From the IMG/VR virus record IMGVR_UViG_3300035047_000236: a stretch of 62,853 bases of DNA; one strand, given 5' to 3'. Source of the stretch: a virus. A program made the translations under genes and the position numbers. The notes beneath the pieces were generated by a model. The model saw nothing but the letters and a program-made list of their open reading frames with translations, did no database searches and was not told where the DNA came from. Of this stretch, positions 57,738 to 62,853 are shown in pieces; positions within the stretch are counted from its first letter, which is position 1, and each line of letters starts with the position of its first letter.

Positions 57738-59612
57738 ATGACAACTCAAAATCAGCAGGCAGAGGTTCGGATCGAAGAAGCATCGTCAATCATTGTGCAC
57801 CAAAACGTGTTTGGTCCGATTGCAGTCATTAACCCTGAGATGGTAACGCCCAAAACCATTTCAATCATGGATGAAGCACTGAAAATGGGTGATGCCAACA
57901 TGGTAGGCCACGGCCTGTATTCCATCGTTTTCAGAATGGATGGAATGCCTTGGGGCAATTTGACTGAAAACGGTACACATGAATTCAATACCTGGAGGTT
58001 CTATTGGGGTTCTAAAACAGCGGTGTGCAATCTTCAGCACTGCATCAGAATTGCCATTAAGACTTCCCAGGATGAGATCCGCCCGGAAGACGGGGATGAA
58101 ATCATGTGTATGAGTGTACACATGCTTACCTGGAAAAACATCCTTCAGGGCTTCCTGCATGAGTGCAGACACGCACAAAGGTTTGCAATGGATACTGATG
58201 GCGAATTGATTGATGCTCTTGACTCCAACGATGCGGATGCATTGGCAATCGAGGAAGAAGACGCAAACAAATATGCAAGAGAATCACTCTTCAAGCTGGC
58301 ACAACAGTTTGAAATCGAGCCTGAATTCTCTCAGGAAATGGTTGCTGCAATCAATAAAGAGCTCGAAGAAGAGTTCGAATCCATTGAAACAGATCCGGAG
58401 CCAAACCCTGATATGGTAAAATGGGCAGAAGCACAGACATTCATGATTGAACGTGGAGGCGTATTCTATGCCCCAGGCGATCCGTCAAAGGCAGAAGAAG
58501 ACATTCATATGATGACATTCAAAGAATTCCTTCATATGTGTTCTGGCGCACCAGAAAGCGATTCTGCCTGGAATATGGAGCCAAAGAGCGTGGTTCTTGA
58601 ACTTCGCCAGAAGCCCTGGAATGCCACAGCAGCAGACCCGGCAGAACAGAACAAAACTGGTGGCAGTGATAACACACATGCCAATTACAATGCTGAAGCA
58701 GATTACGATCCTGAGTTCGATGAGGATTTTGAATACCCCAACGGATTTCAAGGGGTAGGCCAATTTCAGGCAGCCCCTCAGCAACCGGCCCAGCAGCAGT
58801 ATCAGCAGCCTGCTCCGGCCCAGCCACAGTATCCTCAGTATCCTCAGTATCAGCAGCCGGTTCAGCAACAGGCTCCAGCTCAACAGCAGTACCCTCAGTA
58901 CCAGCAGCCGGTTCAGCAACAGTATCAGCAGTATGCTCAGTACCAGCAACCGGTTCAGCAACCCGTCCAACAACAATACCCTCAGTACCAGCAGCCTGTT
59001 CAGCAGCAGTATCAGCAGCCGGCTCAGCAGCAGTATCAGCAGCCGGCCCAGCCTACGGCAAACGACCAGGCAGCAGTTGTAGGGGGTATGGCATATCCAC
59101 CGCTTCAGATTGATAATGCAGCAGTGAAGTCAATTGTGTATGGTCTCTTCAAAAAGCTCAATGCACACATCTTTGCTGGTTGTAATTTCAACCCCTCCAA
59201 CCACTCACTTCCTTTTGAGGCTGCAAGCAATATCACGATGCCGCTGCCCCTTACCAAGGAAGAAATGATGTTCGTTAAAGAAATGACCATCAGAGAAGGG
59301 GATACAAAAAAGGCCGGTATCAAATGCGAAGGCAACATTATTGGAACCTTCATAGATAAAGCCAAAAAGCTGCCGGGCTATGAGTTCGTAATTCAAAGTC
59401 CTGAGGGTCACCAGCTTGTTCGTAAGCTTATTCCGCAGAATCCGAACAAACCGAACAAAGATGGAAGCGGACTTAGCGTTACTGCTCAGGAAGCACGTAA
59501 CGGTAATCACATCCTGTGGCTACTTGATGTCATGAGTGGCAAGTTCATTGGCCGTATGTATAATGGACAGGTACAAAGGATGGAAGCTGGTAAATGGATT
59601 TCTGCTGAGTAA
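57738..59612 (+). CDS. HExxH metallopeptidase-like protein with a Q/P/Y-rich repeat linker
   Basis: FLHECRHA...EEDANKYA (ImmA/IrrE-like spacing), QQYPQYQQPV repeats. Confidence 0.7.
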   Translation: MTTQNQQAEVRIEEASSIIVHQNVFGPIAVINPEMVTPKTISIMDEALKMGDANMVGHGLYSIVFRMDGMPWGNLTENGTHEFNTWRFYWGSKTAVCNLQHCIRIAIKTSQDEIRPEDGDEIMCMSVHMLTWKNILQGFLHECRHAQRFAMDTDGELIDALDSNDADALAIEEEDANKYARESLFKLAQQFEIEPEFSQEMVAAINKELEEEFESIETDPEPNPDMVKWAEAQTFMIERGGVFYAPGDPSKAEEDIHMMTFKEFLHMCSGAPESDSAWNMEPKSVVLELRQKPWNATAADPAEQNKTGGSDNTHANYNAEADYDPEFDEDFEYPNGFQGVGQFQAAPQQPAQQQYQQPAPAQPQYPQYPQYQQPVQQQAPAQQQYPQYQQPVQQQYQQYAQYQQPVQQPVQQQYPQYQQPVQQQYQQPAQQQYQQPAQPTANDQAAVVGGMAYPPLQIDNAAVKSIVYGLFKKLNAHIFAGCNFNPSNHSLPFEAASNITMPLPLTKEEMMFVKEMTIREGDTKKAGIKCEGNIIGTFIDKAKKLPGYEFVIQSPEGHQLVRKLIPQNPNKPNKDGSGLSVTAQEARNGNHILWLLDVMSGKFIGRMYNGQVQRMEAGKWISAE

Positions 59613-59613
59613 T

Positions 59614-60051
59614 ATGGCGGTATCTAGAACCGAGAATGGCGTTGTGATTTCTGTTCGCAGGGATCACATCGTCATTAAAATGAAACGTGGCAATAAAACT
59701 AAGTTCTTCACCGACACCAAAGGTTTTGGGCTAGGTGATAAGTGCTTAGTGGCTTTCAGTCTAACAACTGGTCACATAGTAGATGTCTATCAATCTGGAC
59801 ATAAATTTGACCATAAAACAGATATAGAGGAGGTGATAATAGCAACAAAAGAAGAGATGGAGGTATTTGAGATGGAGTGTTCTCGGGTACAGGATTTTGA
59901 TGGGGTGAGTGTGGGAGATGGAGAGATCACACAACCCCAAGAGAGTTATTCTGAGAGCGATCTTTGTCCTGATGTTTTGGAGGAGGAGTGTTCTCGGATA
60001 CAGGGTTTTGAGGGCTTGAGTATGGAGCCCATAGTAGCACACCGGGCATAG
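59614..60051 (+). CDS. Hypothetical protein (OB-like N-terminus, acidic tail)
   Basis: Likely start MAVSRTENG right after the upstream stop. Confidence 0.5.
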   Translation: MAVSRTENGVVISVRRDHIVIKMKRGNKTKFFTDTKGFGLGDKCLVAFSLTTGHIVDVYQSGHKFDHKTDIEEVIIATKEEMEVFEMECSRVQDFDGVSVGDGEITQPQESYSESDLCPDVLEEECSRIQGFEGLSMEPIVAHRA

Positions 60052-60102
60052 TGCCCAAAAGTTATTTTATTTTTTATATTTTTTTAAGAAGGAGAAGTAA
60101 AC

Positions 60103-61005
60103 ATGGCCATTACAACAATTTTGAACTGCAGAGTAGCTGGTGCACCGAACTATTATCCCGCATACATTCCCCAGAACGGAAACAAACCGGTCCGTCAGAG
60201 ATGTGAAGTTGCCGTATATGAAAACGATGGTGACAAGACCAATACGTTCAGGGTTACAGCGTTCGGTAAAATGGCTGATATCGTGGCACGTTCCTGCGGT
60301 ACCGGCAAACAGCTGGGATTGACTTTGAAAACCCATACCTTTGATGGAAAAGTCGCACTTCCTGGTGGCCAGCCCGGCACTCCGCCCAATTTCGTTATCG
60401 GTCAAGATGGTCAGCCGATTACCATCAAAAAGACCGGTCATATTATCATGGATATTTCCTTCGGGGCCGATTCCGAAAAACAGGAAGTATCAGAAATCAA
60501 AGGAGGATTCAGACCTGCCATGTGGAATGTGAAGGGTCATCCCGACCATCAGACATGGAAAAATATCTGTGCCCAGAGAAATTCGATTGAATACCAGCCC
60601 GGCATGACATCATTCGGTTATGCAAACGTGTTGAAACCGAACGGGCAGGTTATCTCTTCACAACAGCTGCAGGGTATGAATCAGCAATATGCCGGCAATC
60701 CCCAGGCCGTAGGAAACGGGTTTGCAGGTATGAACCAGCAGAACGGATACGGTCCAGCACAGCAGCCGGCTCAGCAGACGCCGCCTCAGCAGAATTCATG
60801 GGGCCAGCAGCCGTCAGCAAATCCCGTATTCCTTCATGGACAAAATGTCGGTTTTGCTCCGAACAATGTAGCACCTGCAAATCAGCAGGGTGGTTACAAT
60901 CCGGGGCCGGCACCGGCACAAAGCCCCCAGCAGGGTGGGTATAATCAGACCATGGGTTATGCCCCTAATACCCAGGGTGGCGCAGGTACAGCAGTAACCA
61001 TGTAG
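60103..61005 (+). CDS. Single-stranded DNA-binding protein-like
   Basis: OB-fold pattern FRVTAFGKMADIVARSCGTGKQL, Q/P/G/N-rich tail. Confidence 0.7.
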   Translation: MAITTILNCRVAGAPNYYPAYIPQNGNKPVRQRCEVAVYENDGDKTNTFRVTAFGKMADIVARSCGTGKQLGLTLKTHTFDGKVALPGGQPGTPPNFVIGQDGQPITIKKTGHIIMDISFGADSEKQEVSEIKGGFRPAMWNVKGHPDHQTWKNICAQRNSIEYQPGMTSFGYANVLKPNGQVISSQQLQGMNQQYAGNPQAVGNGFAGMNQQNGYGPAQQPAQQTPPQQNSWGQQPSANPVFLHGQNVGFAPNNVAPANQQGGYNPGPAPAQSPQQGGYNQTMGYAPNTQGGAGTAVTM

Positions 61006-61030
61006 TATTTTTGATTTAATCTCCTTTGTT

Positions 61031-61071
61031 CCGGTAGAGCCTCAGTAATGGGGTTCTACCGGGTTTTTTTT
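61031..61071 (+). terminator. Rho-independent terminator
   Basis: CCGGTAGAGCCTCA-GTAA-TGGGGTTCTACCGG followed by T8. Confidence 0.9.
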
Positions 61072-61374
61072 CTTAATTACAGAAAGTTTTTTCTTATGAA
61101 CAGTCTTTATTTTCTAGAGATAGAGTTTGGAGTGGGAAGACAGAATCATTTTTCTATTGAACAGAGTTTATTTGCTTACACACAGAGTCAGTTTGGAGAT
61201 GGGGGTGGTTGTTGTCTAGGAACTGGCGATCGATTTATACCCACGACTTTTAAAAAACTTTACTAATCAAAAGTGATAATGTGAGAGATTCTGGAGAGGG
61301 AGGGAGAGCATTAAATTAAATAAAATATTTTAATAATATAAAAAGTATTAATATATAAGACAGGGGGTAGTAAA

Positions 61375-61731
61375 ATGTCAAAAACGTCAACGTGGATAGA
61401 CACATCGTTGTATAACGAAACACATAGAAAACGTCCTACAATTAGTTTTAGATATGAAGGAAGAAAATACAGAGAAAGAAGTAATGGCAATCTTAGATTC
61501 ATGAAAGGAAATATTTCAATAGAAAATGTAATTGCATTTTATGAAGGATTTACAGGTAAGAAGCTAGATCATAACTATGATTTAGGAGATTTTAATCTTT
61601 TACATGACATAATAAAACTTAGTGAAAATAGAGAAGAACTAAAAGTAAAACTTGGTCATATATTGGCCGAACTTGATATGCGGAAAAAATATAAAGTAGA
61701 AACTGAACCAAAAATCAAAAGTATATGGTAG
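61375..61731 (+). CDS. Hypothetical protein, paralog A
   Basis: FMKGNIS...IAFYEGF...EELKVKL..IL...KSIW. Confidence 0.65.
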   Translation: MSKTSTWIDTSLYNETHRKRPTISFRYEGRKYRERSNGNLRFMKGNISIENVIAFYEGFTGKKLDHNYDLGDFNLLHDIIKLSENREELKVKLGHILAELDMRKKYKVETEPKIKSIW

Positions 61732-61739
61732 GAGGAAAT

Positions 61740-62084
61740 ATGAAATTTAGTGATAAATTAGGGGCAAACGCAAGGAAGTTAAGTATGCTAATTCATAGCG
61801 GTCTTGAGTTTAGGAAAGGAAATGTTTCAACCGCAGAAACTATGATTTTCAAAAATAGGATAGAAGTTAATGAAATGTTAGCATTTCTTATAGGATACTC
61901 TAAACCAAGTAATGGAACTATCGATAGTGATGAATTTAATAGAATTATGTCACTTCCTAGTAACAGTGCGGAACTTAGAACTAAGGTTGAAGAAATTCTT
62001 GTTAGTGGTAATATCGGCACCAAACCTAAAGAAAATAATTTTAAGCCGCTGCAAGAAGAAAGCACCTTCAACAGTGTTTGGTGA
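61740..62084 (+). CDS. Hypothetical protein, paralog B
   Basis: FRKGNVS...LAFLIGY...AELRTKV..IL...NSVW. ATG 61740 after GGAGG. Confidence 0.65.
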   Translation: MKFSDKLGANARKLSMLIHSGLEFRKGNVSTAETMIFKNRIEVNEMLAFLIGYSKPSNGTIDSDEFNRIMSLPSNSAELRTKVEEILVSGNIGTKPKENNFKPLQEESTFNSVW

Positions 62085-62486
62085 TTAAGCATTATATTGA
62101 TTACTTAAAAAGAACAAACCACCAATACCAACTAGATCATCAATAGCCTTAGAAAAAGAACAGTCTTTATTTTCCATATAGTAATTAATCATATCAACAG
62201 TGTCACTACTTAAAGTAATACTCTTTTGTATAGTTTTACCCCCATGGTAGCTGTTCTCTATAGCAGCCATTTCTTTACGTCTGATACTATTGAGTTCATT
62301 AGTATCGTTGCTCTCAGAAATGATTTTGATGGAGAAATTATCTATTCCAATATCAGTTATATCTTTCTTAATTTGTTTGTTATGGTGACAAGCTTTATCA
62401 ATTATATCCAGTTTGTTTGAGCTGCTTGAAATTCCTACCAACTGATTATTGGACACTTTATTGGTTAATAAATATACTACTGGCAT
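62085..62486 (-). CDS. Degenerate GIY-YIG-like domain plus C-terminal ribbon-helix-helix
   Basis: VVYLLTNKVSNNQLVG, KSITLSSDTVDMINYYMENKDCSFSKAIDDLV. Confidence 0.6.
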   Translation of the reverse strand: MPVVYLLTNKVSNNQLVGISSSSNKLDIIDKACHHNKQIKKDITDIGIDNFSIKIISESNDTNELNSIRRKEMAAIENSYHGGKTIQKSITLSSDTVDMINYYMENKDCSFSKAIDDLVGIGGLFFLSNQYNA

Positions 62487-62521
62487 ATTATACTCCTTTG
62501 TTTATATTATATTATAATACT

Positions 62522-62549
62522 ATAATAAACACTAAGTATGAGTTGTCAA
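62522..62549 (-). promoter_or_regulatory. Possible sigma70 promoter
   Basis: TTGACA-N16-TATTAT upstream of the 62486 gene. Confidence 0.45.
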
Positions 62550-62567
62550 CAGTATAAAGTAAACATT

Positions 62568-62853
62568 TTGACATTATATTATAATCTACTTGATTATATT
62601 ATAATCTACTTGATTATATTATAATCTACTTTGACATTATATTATAATCTACTTTGACATTATATTATAATCTACCTTGATTATATTATAATCTACTTTG
62701 ACATTATATTATAATCTACTTTGACATTATATTATAATCTACCTTGATTATATTATAATCTACTTTGACATTATATTATAATCTACTTTGACATTATATT
62801 ATAATCTACCTTGATTATATTATAATCTACTTTGACATTATATTATAATCTAC
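62568..62853. repeat. AT-rich tandem array, 13 copies of core ATTATATTATAATCTAC
   Basis: Periods 20,20,23,23,21,23,23,21,23,23,21,23. Runs off the window end. Confidence 0.95.

Larger units (their letters stand above)
45820..61071 (+). other. GC-richer plus-strand block, probable early/host-takeover region
   Basis: Abrupt strand and composition switch, strong GGAGG/AGGAG RBSs, small ORFs, ends at a strong terminator. Confidence 0.65.

Noticed and set aside
47039-60919. Minus-strand ORFs in the plus-strand block
   Set aside because: Antisense to RBS-supported genes or structured RNA, expected by chance at higher GC
62568-62853. CRISPR array or tandem sigma70 promoters
   Set aside because: No unique spacers, and TTGACA-TATAAT spacing is 6 or 26-29 nt rather than about 17
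1-62853. Stop-codon reassignment, tRNA genes, complete DGR
   Set aside because: Long genes read through in the standard code with TAA, TAG and TGA all used as stops. No cloverleaf or reverse transcriptase was recognised by eye.

Overview
Fragment of a large tailed-phage genome. About 1-45.6 kb is AT-rich and almost entirely minus-strand. It holds the head module: a major capsid gene interrupted by a group I intron with a LAGLIDADG ORF, scaffold, head-maturation protein, portal and an intein-containing terminase. It also holds accessory genes (HD hydrolase, dNMP kinase, cold-shock protein, actin-like ATPase, ClpP, PIN-PhoH with a class 3 intein, metacaspase, PEP-CTERM protein), an IscB/omega-RNA element, DUF2341/LamG virion proteins and several HNH/GIY-YIG endonucleases. 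About 45.8-61.1 kb is a visibly GC-richer plus-strand block resembling an early/host-takeover region: small ORFs, a macrodomain and NADAR pair, SSB and a metallopeptidase, with spacers full of structured RNA (a pistol ribozyme, many H-type pseudoknots, long hairpins). The window ends in a 13-copy AT-rich tandem array. The two strongest novelty candidates are (1) five genes sharing a conserved ~40-aa N-terminal leader fused to unrelated domains, four of them clustered around a metacaspase, and (2) the ribozyme/pseudoknot-rich non-coding RNA of the early region. All calls are by eye, without database searches.
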